DNA of 64,000 bases from the human T2T-CHM13v2.0 reference genome, Homo sapiens, in the NCBI RefSeq assembly GCF_009914755.1, contig NC_060931.1, one strand, 5' to 3'. The stretch's first letter is position 1; each line of letters begins with the position of its first letter. Below the pieces are notes generated by a model. It searched no databases. It was not told the origin of the DNA and saw only the letters and a program-made list of their open reading frames with translations. Both the position numbers and the translations under genes were made by a program. This document shows, piece after piece, positions 45,690-61,344 of this stretch.

Positions 45690-46610
45690 CTAGAAACAAA
45701 ACAAAATTTATGAATTAAATAATAGCATTGATATTTGGAACATTAAGACTATATGCTCATGGGATCTTGCATGATGTGGAAATGCTGACATTGTCACTAT
45801 TAAATGCAACCAGGCAGCATTTGCCACCAGGTTTATGACATTGCTTGGATGAGTACACATACAGCGATGGAATACTGATGAGAAACACATAGAAAAATGA
45901 AAAAAATGGAGATTAAGAATCAAGGCCTTGATTGAAATAAATTCTATGACATAATGAAATCAAGCTACATGTAAAAATGAAAGAATTTGTTACTTGCTGC
46001 TTTATTAATTTTTTATCCTTTGCTTTGTTGCCCTGACTTCCAGATAATCTTGGGAGATTACCTTAATTGACATAGATGTCCTGAAGGTACTAACTATTCA
46101 TGAAGTGAAGACTTGTTACTCAAATTATACCTTATTTTCATTAATTTACTCCTAAGTTGGGTTTTAAAAATATATTTTAAACATTAAATTGTGTTACCCT
46201 GTTTGACAGCAGAATGATTTCAAGAGTTTTGACCATCACTTCTGATCAAACTAACACAATTTTTTTAAGTGCAATTACCATGTCAGTAGATTCTGCAGTC
46301 TCTGCTCATGCAAGATGGCTTGTATAACCAAAATATCTAGCCTCAATTATTCTTGGGACTGTTTTGCCAGTGTGAATTTACATCTAGCCTTAATAATTTT
46401 TGAATAAAGTAATTATATCCCCTAATTTGATTTACTAGACTCAAAACTATTTTAATTCATTTTAAAGGAATAAAGTATTGCAGTTTGGACACAATTTCAA
46501 TTCATTTACAAAGTGTTTTATGAACCAAATGAAACTTTGCTTTTAATGGAATCTTCTATGTTGTTATCTTAGCAGGATCTCTAATTATCTTATTAGTTTT
46601 AAAGTACTCA

Positions 46611-46880
<270 letters not shown>

Positions 46881-49176
46881 TTAAGATCTGGATACACTAA
46901 AGCATTCTTTGACAAATTATCTAAAAAGCCATCTTTTCCAATTACTTTATCACCTCTTGAATTTGCAAGTATTTATTGGAGGTAGGGAATGTAACAAATG
47001 AAAGTAATAAAGGCTTTACTTTGGTCTACTTTCTATGTTCTTCCTAAAACATATATACATATACATTTACATGTGTACATATTTAACGTGTGTGCCTATA
47101 CGTGTAGTTGTTCTTTTTCAGTTTCCTTCCTCTAAAGCAGTAGTCCTTTACACTACCATGTAAATGTCTTATTTCCTAGTGGCAAAGCTCAAGTGCAGAT
47201 TTTACCAAACCTAAAACTGGCTGAAAACCAGGTATGCACGTATGGTTTCTAAGTTTAGCAAAAGAAAAAAGGAAAAAAAAAAGAGGGAGAATTTCCAAAC
47301 GTGTCGTCCTTGATCTTTCTGCCTTCCAGCTGACAGAAGTAACTTTTATGGAAGATAGTCTAGGGAATATGGAACCTATCCCAGTCTTACTTAATTCTAT
47401 CCCAGTATCAAAAAAAAAAAAAACTACAACAGTTGCACTATGTTAATTTACCTCCACATTAATTGAGCTGCTTTCACTGAGTTGCATTTAATTATGCTAA
47501 GGTTTTTATTGAAGGACACTAAAAATATAGCCATGTGAAATTTGCTACTACATTTGCTACTAAAATAAAATGCTGGGGAGAATTAGTTGCAGCATTATTC
47601 AGTATCTTCTCCCAAAAAACTCCACTTGAAAAATTTTGTTAATAATACAGTGTTAGTAAAAACTTTTGTTTTCTGCCAAGGAATTGATGTGCCTCCTTTT
47701 TAAAAATGAGAACTAAATATGAATTTCATTTATTTTTGTCCTGCACATTGGCGGCTTGTTGTCCAACACAGCCTTGTGCTTATTTTTGGGGGGTGAAATT
47801 TAGGTCCTGATTTTCCATTTCTTTTATATTTTATTTATTATGTTTACTGTATGAATCTTATTTAACCTTCTGAAATCTTTTGTGGCAAGATGTGGCATAA
47901 AAATAAATACATGTAAAATAAAAAATAAAAATTCCCAACCTTTCCACTTATAAAGCCTTAACAGATAAACAAAAATCTTCAAGGAGTATATCATTTTTTA
48001 ACTTTTAGAGACTGGGTAATAGTCCTAAACATAAACTCATTTTCCAGAACAACCACAAGTAAAATGGCATTGTTAGGGTCTGTTGGCCACTGATGATGCT
48101 GGGAGAGGAACCTAAGTTATGGTTGCAGCTGCTCAGTCTCCTGCACCCTTGTATCGTTAGCACCATGATTGAACAAATTTTCCTATAATAATTGAGCAAA
48201 TTTGCCTATAATAATAATTTTACTTGATTTAGGAAGGCAAAGAAGGCCATTTTTCTAAAGGCCATGAGACAAGAGGCATGAGAAGGAGAGTTCAAGGCAA
48301 AAGGCCACAAGGAGTGCTAAGTGTTGCAATGTGAGTAATATGTTCTCCAGGATGCAGCTGGCTCTCTAAGACATGAAGTGATAATTGTGTTTATGTGTCA
48401 ATAACTTTGTTCAAATGTCAACTTTAAACTTAGATCTAATTCACTCACCACCAATCATAAAGAATTGACAGAAGTTATATCTAAAAGATCACTAAATAAT
48501 TAAAACATCAGTTGGATACATTAATATGAAAAGAAAAAAAAAACAAAGAATTGAAACAACTCTCCTGCTTTTCAGATAACAGGATCAAAATATTATATAC
48601 AGACATATAATATAAAATATGCAAACATATGTAAAATATTACACATATCTTACATATATTTGAAACCTTACATTTTCCTAAATCTGTTAACATGCAAATT
48701 AAAATGTGATTTGGAAAGAAATATTATGTTTATGAATTATGGGTAAGATTCTAACTTTCTTCACTTGGAATTGTCTCTTGTTTCTTGGACTTTCCCTATA
48801 ATTTGAGTTGTCAGAACATTAAATCATAGCACAATACTGCTTTATTTTCAGATTTATTATTGTACTCCATCCTTTCCTTCCAAAGTGGGTTAGTGGCAGA
48901 ATATTTAAGAAGAATCTTTCTGCACATATCATACTAACTCCACTATCTGTGCTCATTAGCAGCTATATGGATGCCCAAGGGGTTCATTTGGACCACCTGC
49001 CAAGCTAATCCAGCCCCAGCAATTAATCAAGGATAGAATAAGTACAAAAGTGGATATATTCTTTCCTAAACGGATGCACTGTCAACGAGCTTACCAGATC
49101 CTTAATCTCAAGGGAAGTCAACTGCAGTTAAAGTAAACCTAGGATTTATTCCTAAAAGCAGTTCAGGTTTTAGTCA

Positions 49177-49503
<327 letters not shown>

Positions 49504-50585
49504 CTAGACTCATCCCTGAGGTAGGGGCCTCGGCTCTAAAAACAATGATTCATGTAGGGGCTTCCTTTCATTCATTCCTTTATTCAACCAATATTTACTG
49601 AGTGCTTTGGTATACCAGATACTCTCTCCATTCTATGTTAATTTCTAAAAACTTTATTTCATCCCATTTATTTTCATTCAATATAAACATGCATCATATT
49701 CTGATTACTATATTTAGTAATTACTATATTTAGTAGATATTTACATTAAAACATTATCCTTAAGGTAAATTAGGAAATAACCCCACTACTACAATAATAA
49801 ATAACTAAGTAATACATTTCACTTAATTTTCTTGTAATAAAACTTTTAAATTACATCCCTGGAGGTATGGAGCTTTGGGTAGACATTACTATTTTACCTA
49901 TCAGTTCTGTTAGTTTTTCTACTACACAAACCCCTATATGCTTGGTCTCTCATTAGAAGGCCTTGCAATCTTTTATCTAAGACATTAATATAAGGGTAAA
50001 ACTATTGTTTGGTAAACACAAAGAGGCAAACAAAATATTTTGTTGGTTTGGGGGAATTATGGGGAAAGATCTCTACTTAACTGGCTAAAAAGATTTCACA
50101 ACAGGAAATAGTGACAACAGTATTTAAATAATCTTGGAGCAGCTTGAGAAGATAGGAATCTCATTGGCCTTTCAAAAGAAAAGAGAAAACCAGGAAAATA
50201 CTACAAGTAAATACTGTTCCTTTTCATAATGACAATGCTAGGAAAAAAATGACAATGTAAAATGAAGTAAAACCATCAAAATTCTAGCTGCCTTCTTTGC
50301 AGAAGTTGACTAACTGATCCTAAAATTCCTAAGGAAGTTCATAGCACCCAGAATAGCCATACACACACACACACACACACAAATTTGGATAAGGAAAAAC
50401 AAATTTGGAAAACTCACAATTCCCAATTTGAAAACTTACTCAGAGCTACAGTAAGCAAGTCATCTGGTACGGGCATAGGAACAGACAGACAGATCAATGG
50501 AATAGAACTGAGAATCCAGAAATAAACTCTCACATTTAATAAACTGATTATCATCACAGGTACCAAGACAATTCAAAAAGGAAAG

Positions 50586-50751
50586 AATAGTTGTTATAAC
50601 TAATGGTGCTGGAAAAACTGGATATCCACATATCCTGTCCTACCTAAGAAGGCAAATGAGAAGCATATGTGAAATTTATGGTCTTGAGGCATAGGCTCAC
50701 TAAAAGATTGAAAACTAATCATAGAATTATTTTTTATAACTAATGGTGCTG

Positions 50752-50797
<46 letters not shown>

Positions 50798-50937
50798 GTT
50801 GTTATAACTAATGGTGCTGGAAAAACTGGATATCCACATATCCCGTCCTACCTAAGAAGGCAAATGAGAAGCATATGTGAAATTCATGGTCCTGAGGCAT
50901 AGGTTCACTAAAAGATTGAAAACTAATCATAGAATTA
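50586..50937. repeat. 144-bp direct duplication (50586-50729 / 50794-50937) separated by a partial third copy and (TA)n
   Basis: Read directly; 4 mismatches. Confidence 0.95.
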
Positions 50938-51756
50938 CAGAATTCTTCCCCTCCCACAACACCTGACCACCATATTACTAAAGATCTACTTATATTCATT
51001 CTTTTTACTCCATACATTAGTCCAGCTAGCAAGAAAAAAATTATAAAACATACTATACAGCAAAAAGCACAGTTTGAAAAGACTGAACAAGCATCACACC
51101 GGAATCAGATATGGCAGAGATGTTGAAATTATCAGACCAGAAATTTAAAACAACTATGACTAATATGCAGAGGGCTCTAATGAATAAAGTGAAACTACTT
51201 TGCAAGAAATGTTAAAATAACTTCTTTTGAGAGATGGAAAATGATATAAGTCAGAAACTCAGATCTACATAAAGAAAAGTAGAGCATCAGAGAAGGAATA
51301 AGTGAAGATAAAACCTTTTATTTTTCTTAATTGATCTAACAGATAACTTGTTTAAAATAATAGCAACAATCTATTCACCATATATCCATAAATGTATATA
51401 TCTACATATATGTTTATATACACTTATAGATAAGCAAAATAAATGACAGCAATGATACAAGAGAGATGAGGGAAAGACAGGGATTATTTTATCATAAGAT
51501 ACCTGCAATACCTAGGAAGTAGTGTAGTGTTATTTGAAAGTGAATTTGGATTGGTTATATATGTATATTACAAACTCTAAGACAATCAGTAAAAGACAGT
51601 TTAAAAAATACAACTGATGTGTTAAAAGAGGAGAGAAAACAATCATAAAAAATGCTCAATGAAAACTATAAAAAGTGGGAAAAGAGTGGAAGACAAAAAT
51701 AGAAACAAAAAACAAAGGCAACAAACAGAAAACAGTAACAAATATAGTAGATTTAT

Positions 51757-52063
51757 ATTTTATTTTATTTTATTTTTATTTTATTTTTGAGACACAGTCT
51801 CGCCCTGTCACCCAGGCTGGAGTGCAGATCTCAGCTCACTGCAACCTCTGCCTCCTGGGTTCAAGCAATTCTCCTGCCTCAGCCTCCCAAGTAGCTGAGA
51901 CTACAGGTGCCCGCCACCACACCCAGCTAATTTTTGTATTTTCGGTAGAGATGGGTTTTCACCATGTTGGCTAGGCTGGTCTCGAACTCCTGACCTCAGG
52001 TGATCTGCCTGCCTCTGCCTCCCAAAGTGCTGGGATTACAGGCGTGAGCTACCATGGCTGGCC
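51757..52063 (-). mobile_element. Alu (AluS-like) within L1
   Basis: Reverse Alu with (TTTTA)n tail. Confidence 0.95.
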
Positions 52064-53947
52064 TCAATAATCACTTTAAACATCAATGGTCTAAATACCC
52101 CATTGAAAAGACAGAGACTGTCAGAGTGGATTGAAAAACAAGATCCAACTATACTCTTTATAAAAAATATCTACTTTAAATAGGAAGACACATATACATT
52201 AAAAGTAAATGGGTGGAGAAAGATATACTATGCTAACAATAACTAAAAAGCAGGAGGAGCTATATTAATTTCAGACAGAGCCAACCTCACAGCAAGGAAA
52301 CTTATCAGAGACAAAGAAAGGCATTACATAATGATAAAGAGGTCAATTCTTTAAGAACATAAATCACTCCTTAATGTGTATATGCCTCATAACAGTGCAT
52401 CAAATTACATGAGGCAAGAGCTGATAGAAGTGCAAAGAGAAATAGATGAATCCACTATTATAGCTGGACATTTCAACATCTCTCTATCAGAAATGGACAC
52501 AACCAGCAGGCAGAAAATTGGTAAAGACATAGTGAAACTCAGTATCATCATCAGTCGACAGGTTTTAATAGACACTTAGAGACTACTTCATCCAAAAATA
52601 GAATACACATTCTTCTTAAGTACACATGAAACATTTAGCAACATTCCAGACCATAAAAAATTAACAAATTTAAAGGAATGGAAATCATACACTGTCTGTT
52701 CTCAGACCCCGGTAGAATTAAACTGGAACTCAGTATCAAAAGATAACTGAAAAATCCCAAACTACTAGGAAACTAAGCAACAGACTTCAAAAATTGCACA
52801 TGGATTAAAGGAGAAATCTTGGATGAAACTTGAAAATATTCTGAATTAAATAAAAATGAAACCATAACTTATCAAAATGTTTACAATTTGGCAAAAGCAA
52901 TACTTAGAAGGAAATTCATAGCATTGAATGCATACATTAGAAAAGAAGAGAGATCTAAAATCAATAATTGAAACCTCCCCCTCAGGAAACTAGAAAAAGA
53001 AGAACAAATGAAATCCAAAGTAAGCAGAAGAAAAAAAAAATCAGATAATCTGCACAGGCCTATATGTAGTAAGGAAATTGAATCAATAATTAATAATCTT
53101 CTAAAGCAGAAAGCATCAGGTCCAGATGGGTTCACTGTTGAATTCTACTAGACATTTAAGGGAGAAATTATGCCAACTCTCTACAATATTTCTCAGAAGA
53201 CAAAAGCCAAAAGAATACTTCCTATCTCATTCTATGAAACCCAAATTACCTTAATACCAAAACCAGAAAACAACATTACATGAAAAGAAACTACACACCA
53301 CACCAGCATCTCTCATAAACACAGGTGCAAAAATCCTCAACAAAATATTAGCAAATCAGATTCAACAATGTATAAAAGGAATTATACACAATGATCAACT
53401 GGGACTTTCCCCAGTTATGCAAGGCTAGTTCAACATCCAAAAATCAGTTAATATCACATCAACAGGCTAAAGAAGAAAAATCACATGACAGCATCAGCAG
53501 ATGCAGGAAATGCATTTGACAAAATCCAATGGCAATTTGTGAAAAAAAAAATTCTTAGTAAACTAGGAATAGAGGGGAATTTCCTCAATTTGATACCTAC
53601 AGCTAACATTACTCTAAATGAGAAACTTGAAGTTTTCCTACTAGTATCAGGAAAAAGTTAAGAATGTTGCCTCTCATCACTGTTTTTTAACATCATACTG
53701 GAAGTCCTAACTAATGTAATAAAAGACAAAAAGAAAATAAAAAGTATACAGATTTGAAAGGATTAAATACTGTCTTTCTTTGCAGATGATATGATTCAAA
53801 AGAATTGATTAAAAACTCCTAAAACTAGTGAGTGATTACAGCAACGTTGCAGGAATCAGTAATAACCTTCCAAAACAGAAAGCATCAAAATACATGAGGC
53901 AAGAGCTGATAGAGCTGATACTAAGATTAATATAATAAAGTCCATCA

Positions 53948-54276
<329 letters not shown>

Positions 54277-55179
54277 TTAAATATAAATATAAGTCTAATA
54301 AAATAGGTACAAGATCTGTATGAGGAAGACTACAAAACTGATGAAAGAAATCAAAGAAGACCTAAATAAATGGAGAGATATTCCATGTTTAATGGATAGG
54401 AAGACTAAATATTGTCCATATGCCAGTTCTTCCCAAATTAATTATAGATTCAATGTAATCTCAATCATATTCTCAGCAAGTTAATTTGCAGATATTAACA
54501 AACTTATTCTAAAGTTTATATGGAGAAACAGAAGACCCAGAATAGCCAAAACAATATTGAAGGAGAAGAACAAATTTTGAGGACTGACACTACCCAACAT
54601 CAAGATTTACTATAAAGCTACAGCAATCAAGACAGTGTAGTATTGGGAAATAATTGACAAAATAGATCAATGAAACAGAATACACATTTAGAAATAGACC
54701 CACATAAATCTATTCAACTAATCTGTGGCAAAGGAGCAAAGGCAATACAATGGAGGAAAGACAGTCTTTTGAACAAATGGTGTTGAAAAAACTAGACTTA
54801 TACATGTAAAAAATGAATCTAGATACATATGCCCTTCACAAAAATTAACTCAAAATGCATCACAGGTCTACATGCAAAATGCAAAACTATGAAACTTCTA
54901 GAAGATAATAGAGGAGAAAATCGAGATGACCTTGGATTTGATGATGATTTTTTAGTTACAACACCAAAGGCACAATCCATGAAAGAAAGAATTGACAAGA
55001 TGGACTTAATTAAAATTAAAAATTTCTCTTCTGCAAAAGACACTGCCAGTAGTACAAAAAGCCACAGACTACAAGGAAATATTTGCAAAATGCATATCTG
55101 ATAAAGGACTGTTATCCAAAATATACAAAAAACACTTAAAACATAAAACAACAAACAATCCAATTAAAAATGGGCCAGA

Positions 55180-55486
55180 GGCCAGATGCAGTGGCTCAAG
55201 CCTGTAATCTCAGCACTTTTGGAGGCCAAGGTGGGCAGATCACTTGAGGCCAGGAGTTTGAGACCAGCCTCGCCAAAATGGCGAAACCCCATCTCTACTG
55301 AAAATACAAAAATTATCTGTGTAAGATGGCATGCTTCTATAGTCCCAGCTACTTGACTTGGGAGGCTGAGGCATGAGAATCACTTGAACCCAGGAGGCAG
55401 AGGCTGCAGTGAGCCAAGATTGCACCACTGCACTCCAGCCTGGGTGACACAGTAAGACTCTGTCTAAAAAACAACAACAACAAAAA
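55180..55486 (+). mobile_element. Alu within L1, (CAA)n tail
   Basis: Alu consensus. Confidence 0.93.
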
Positions 55487-58400
55487 GCCAGAGACCTTAA
55501 CAGACACCTCACCATAGAAGTTATACTCGTGGTAAATATGCACATGAAAAGATGCTCCACTTTACATATCATCATGGAAAGACAAATGAAAACAGTGAGA
55601 TACGCAACACACAGATTGGCCAAAATCCAGAACAGTGGCAATATCAAATGCTGGCAAGGATGTGAAGCAACAGCAACTTTTATTCATTGCTGGTGGGAAT
55701 GCAAGATGGTGTAGCCAATTTGGAAGACAGCTTGGCAGTTTCTTACAAAATAACATACTTTTACCATATGATCCAGCTATCACTCTCCCTATATTTACCC
55801 AAAGGAGTTAAAACTTATTTCCACACAAAAGCCTGCACATGGATATCTATAGCAGCTTTGTTCATGACTGCCAAAATATGGGGGCAACCAAGATGTCCTC
55901 CAGTAGGTGAATGATAATTAAACCGTGGTACATCCAGAAAATGGAATATTATTCAGTGCTAAAATGGAATAAGCTATCGAGCCATGAAACGATATGGAAG
56001 AAACTTCAAAGCATATTACTAAGTGAAATAAGCAAATATGGAAAGGCTACAGACTACATGATTCCAATTATATGACATTCTGGAAGAAAAACCACTATGG
56101 AGACAGTAAAAACATCAATGATTGCCAGAAGTTGGGGGGAAGGAGGGATGAACAGGTGGGACATAGATGACTTTTAAAGCAGTGAAACTACTCTGTATGA
56201 TACTATAATGATGGAAACATGTCATTATACATTTGTCCAAACCCACAGAATATAAACCGCCAAGAGTAACACCTAATGTAAGGTAGGGACTTTGGGTGAT
56301 AGTGAGTTGTCAGTGTAGGTTCATCATTTGTAACAAATATACCACTCTGGTGGGGGATGTTGATAATGGGGGAGGCGATGCAAAAGCAATCTCTGCACCT
56401 TATGCTTAATTTTTCTATAAACCTAAAAATTCTCTTAAAAATAGTATACGCACAAAAAAATCAAAGACTTTAAGAGCTAAAACTATTAAACTCTGAGAAG
56501 AAAACAGGTGTAAATATGACCTTGGATTAGGCAATGATTCTTAAAATATGACACTAAAAGCTCCAGCAGTAACAGAAAAAAAATAAATTGAACTCTATCA
56601 AAATAAAAAAGTTCTGTGCTTCAAAGAACACCATTAAGAAAAGTGAAGACAATCCATGGAATAGGAGAAAATAACTGCAAATCATATATTTAATAAAGGA
56701 CTTGTATATAGAACATATAAAAACTCTTACAACTTAATCAAAAAATGAATAATTCAATTAAAAATGGCAAAGGATATGAATAGACCTATTTCCAAATATG
56801 ATATACAGATATCTAATATGCATATGAAGAGATGCTCAACATCACCGGCCATCAGCAAAATAGAAATCAAAACCACAATGAGATACCACTTCACTTTCAC
56901 TAGGATGGCTATAATCAAAAAGGCAGATAATAGCTAGTGCTGGTGAAGATATGGAAAAGTTGGAACTCTCCTATTTTGCTGGTGGAAATGTAAAATGCAT
57001 CTGCTTTGGAAAACAGTCTGGCAATTCCTCAAAATGTTAAATACAGAGTTACCATATGACCCAGCAACTCGATTCCTAGGGATATACTTCAGAAAAATGA
57101 AAATATATGTCTACACAAAGACTTGTACATGAATGTTCACAATGACATCATTCATGGTCAACAAGTGAAAACAACCCAAATGCTCATCAACTTATAAATG
57201 GATAAACAAAAGATGGCATATCCATAAAATAGAATATTATTCCATGATTAAAAATGAAATACTGATTTATTCTACAACATAGATGAAACTTGAAAATGTT
57301 ATACAAAGTGAAAGAAGCCAGTCACAGAAGACCACATATTATATAATTCCATTTATACAAAATGTCCAGAATAGGCACATTTATAGAGACAGCAAGTTCC
57401 TTAGTGGCTGCCTAGGGGTAGGGGTGGGGGTGGGGGTGACTTCTAATGGGTACAAGGGTGGGTGTGTGGTGTTGGGATAATAACAACTTTCTAAAATTGG
57501 TTATAATAATGATTGCATGACTGTGAATTTACTAAAAGTCACGATTTAAAATTGTACATTTTAGATAGGTGCATTGTATGATATGTGAATTATATCTCAA
57601 TAAAGCTGTTATTTTTTTAAAATGAAATGAAATAAAAGTACAGCACAAAAGTTCAAAGCTATGTAAATGTAAATATGAAGTCATGACCAAGCCAGAGATG
57701 ACAACTGTGTTCGAGAATATGTTCACACAAATTCATTTGCTCTACACATCAAATTTATATTAGGATTTAAGACTCATTTGAAAGATTATCTTTTAAAAAA
57801 CCTATTGTACCTTTGGGAAACAAATAGTAAATAATGGGCAAAATTAAAGATCAAATTAAAAATTCAGAACAAAAGTAGAGATGAGAAACCATTGGTATTT
57901 AGATGATCAGAGGATATAAACATATTCGATTTAAAACAAGTTATTACTTTTAAGCCTTGCATACATTCAGTTTCTATCCTTTTAGTAACTACCAAGGCAA
58001 CACCATATTTTTCCTTGGTAATTGTGAAATATATTTGTAAGGACCGAGATTAAATGAATGTTTCTTACAACTGTTAATGGCCCTCTTGCTTAGACAAGAC
58101 ATTGATTTGTATTTGCAATTAGTAAGATTTTTAATTAATTCCTCTCAAGGTAACATAAATGGGCATAAGAGATTTTCATGCTTTGAAATGTTTTTTTTCT
58201 TAAATTATAAAACCAGTATAAAAACATTACAGAAAACCTGAGGTATAAAAACAAAACTCATTTATATTGCCAAAAGAACTATTTTCATTTTCCAATGTAC
58301 CTTGCAGAATATTTTTCAAATGCATATATTTTAATCTAATTGCAATAATCTCTAAAATATAATTTTGTATCCTGCTTTTTCACTTATTGCATCATAAGCA

Positions 58401-58639
58401 TATTCCACATTGTAATCTTTGTAATTATAGTTTTATGGCAGTATAATTTCTTTTTAAGTACACATGATTTATTCCGCAATTATTTCAGAGTTGGACAACT
58501 AAGTTGCTTCCAATTTTTTGAAGTTATAAATAATATTACAAAGACTATCTCTGCATATTCTTTAATGTGACTATCCTAAAAGAGAGGTCTAGAAGTGGAA
58601 ACATTTTTATGACAGTTGACACATACTGCCAAACTACTT

Positions 58640-58990
58640 TCATCTCTACTTGGATGATCCATAAGCTTTTCAACTTAATATGTTCCAAACTGAGCTCATC
58701 ATTACCCCACCCCACCTCCACCTGTTCCTCCTTCTATCTTCTTCTCTCTTGGTGATTGACATCCCCAAATGCTCAAGTCATGAACTCAAGCACCATCTCT
58801 TTGACTCCTCTCCTTCTCTCCACATATTCAATCCATCATCAGTCTCTGACATTTACCCTGAAATAACTCTCATACACACCTGTCCACTTTGTTTTGTCCC
58901 ACTGCTACAACTGTAGTTCTAGTCACCATCACCTTCCACAGGGAGTGAAGGAACAGCCCCTTAATGGTGCTCCTTGAACCCAGTCTTTGC
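58640..58990. mobile_element. L2 fragment
   Basis: 'caacttaatatgttccaaactgagctcatc...tttgactcctctccttctctc..cacatattcaatccatca'. Confidence 0.6.
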
Positions 58991-61013
58991 CACTGTCCTC
59001 AGGTAGCCTACTGGCTAAATGAATGCATGAATGAAAAGCATTATACCAGTTTAAAAACAAACGGAACACAGATGTCATGCTCAGAAGCAGGAGATATTGG
59101 ATTTGTCTCATTAAGTTTTTTTAAAAAGTATATTTATGGCTTCTTTTGTAGAATCACTAAGTTTGAACACACTGGCTTTTAAAAATATGTAATTTTGTCT
59201 GAGTCCATGTGTAATAATAATAACTATGCTACACATGCTAAAATTATGTTTTTCATAATGTTGTTTTCCTTTCAGCTAGTTGTTGTCAAAATTTAAAATT
59301 TGTATGAAGTGAAAATGAGAATGATCTTTACCTTTATGACCCTAGCACATGTTTTCAAATTTCAAATGTGTATAAACAGATGAGACAGGAGGCTATTATC
59401 AAGTATAAGGCTCTCAATGAATGCTAACAAAACCTGGTACTTCAAAAGACTAGAGACTGGAGTGCACTAGATAGAGTTGTTTCTTGTGAAGAATTTTTTT
59501 TATCCCAACAATTCAATTTCTCTTCTTTGAGGTAAAATGCATTTATTGAGGCCTTTACATTTATAATGTGAAGAAACAAGTAATGGTAAACAATTTAAGT
59601 AGAAACTCCACTGTTTCCAGCAATAGCCAAATATATGGATCCAATGATTGTATTTTTTCCTAATTGCCCAATTAATGAATATACTTTGTTATTTTATGTA
59701 TATAGAAGATAAAAGACAGTTTAGAGAAGAATATGTCCATATATGTTACATGTTGCCTGGGAAATGTTGAGCACTCAAAAGCAGCAGCACAAAACTTCCT
59801 GCCTTTTCCTCCACCCAACTTCTTTCTAATGTACATACCTGCAATTAATCAATCAAAAAGTAAGATACAAAATAAAGAATGAAAGATGTATGGGATTATA
59901 GCAAAACACATATAATAAAATAAACAAGTGAAAAAGTCACCAGAAATTAGGAAAACATTGAAAACTTGACAGGACTAATAATTCTCTTGCAAGCCAGAGC
60001 ACTGCATTTGGCACTTAATTTTCTTGTACCCAAATTGAAATAAAAAAAAAAAAAAAAAAAAAAAACACAGTAAATGTCATAGTTCTCATCATTAGAGAGG
60101 GGAAAGCATGACTATTCCTTAGAGACCTAAATGTTTTATTGGCACTAAATTCTAAAAGAATTTTTTCATGTGTTCATGTTCCTCTTGTTCATGTATCCTC
60201 TGGCAGGGGAAAATGGATGCTATTGGGTCCCCTAAAATCCCAGCACCTATATCCACACAGCATTTCCTCCATTCAGTCTTCCCTATTCTACAAGTGTGAT
60301 CTCTCTAAAACAAAAATTTTAGTATCAACCATTTCCTGCACAGGTCCCTAATGCTTCAGGATGAAATCCAAATAACTTTTCCCAGAAGACAACGTCTTAC
60401 ATGGTCTGGTCTTTGCCCCTTCTGGATCTCTTTCTCCATTTCCACACTAAGTAGAGTTCTGAATCCACTATGCTCTCTCCTACCTTCGGTACTCGCCCAA
60501 GCCCTTTCCCCTGCATAGCGTTCCCATTTCTCATTTTCTCAGCAGGCTAATTTGTACTTATATTTTCAACTCAGTCAGCCTTCAGCTCCTCTATAAACCT
60601 TTTTCAGGTGTAGAAATGTAGTGAGAGAGGAGCCCTCTCTGTGATGCCTCAATTGTGGTACTTAAAACACTGATTTTAATTATCTGATTATTTGCCTGCT
60701 CCCTAGTAGACTGCAAGCCTAGATTGTGTTTTTAAAATCACTGTACTCCAAAGACTAATAAAATATTCTCCCATTAAAAAAATACTGAATAAACATTAAA
60801 CTATGAAAGAAAAAATGATAGAACTCAGAAGAGTAGATATTAAACATATAGTTGCATTGACTTCATTTGTTTTTTTGTTATAAAAATTGATACAGGTTTC
60901 CAATTTTATTAAAGGCATTTGCAAATATTTCTATATCACCACTATTCCATAAAATAAAGGATATTTGTACCAAAATTATAGGAGGGACATCATTTAAGAA
61001 TAAAGGGCAATTC

Positions 61014-61300
61014 AGCCAGGCACAGTAGCTCACGCCTGTAAGCCCAGCACTCTGGGAGGCCAAGGCGGGTGGATCATGTGGTCAGGAGTTCCAGACCAGC
61101 CTGGCCAACATGGTGAAACCCCATCTCTACTGAAAATACAAAAATTAGCCAGGCACAGTGGCAGGTGCCTGTAATCTCAGCTAATCAGGAGGTTGAGGCA
61201 GGAGAATCGCTTGAACCCAGGAGGCAGAGGTTGCTGTGAGTCGAGATCCCACCACTGCACTCTAGCCTGGGTGACAGAGCAAGACTCTGTCTCAAAATAA

Positions 61301-61340
<40 letters not shown>
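61014..61340 (+). mobile_element. Alu with (GATA)n tail (61301-61343) and 14-bp TSD ataaagggcaattc (61000-61013 / 61341-61354)
   Basis: Read directly. Confidence 0.95.

Positions 61341-61344
<4 letters not shown>

Noticed and set aside
50586-50937. Repeat-spacer-repeat pattern resembling a CRISPR array or LTR pair
   Set aside because: Only two long L1-derived copies with a TA tract; no regular unique spacers, cas genes or TG...CA ends
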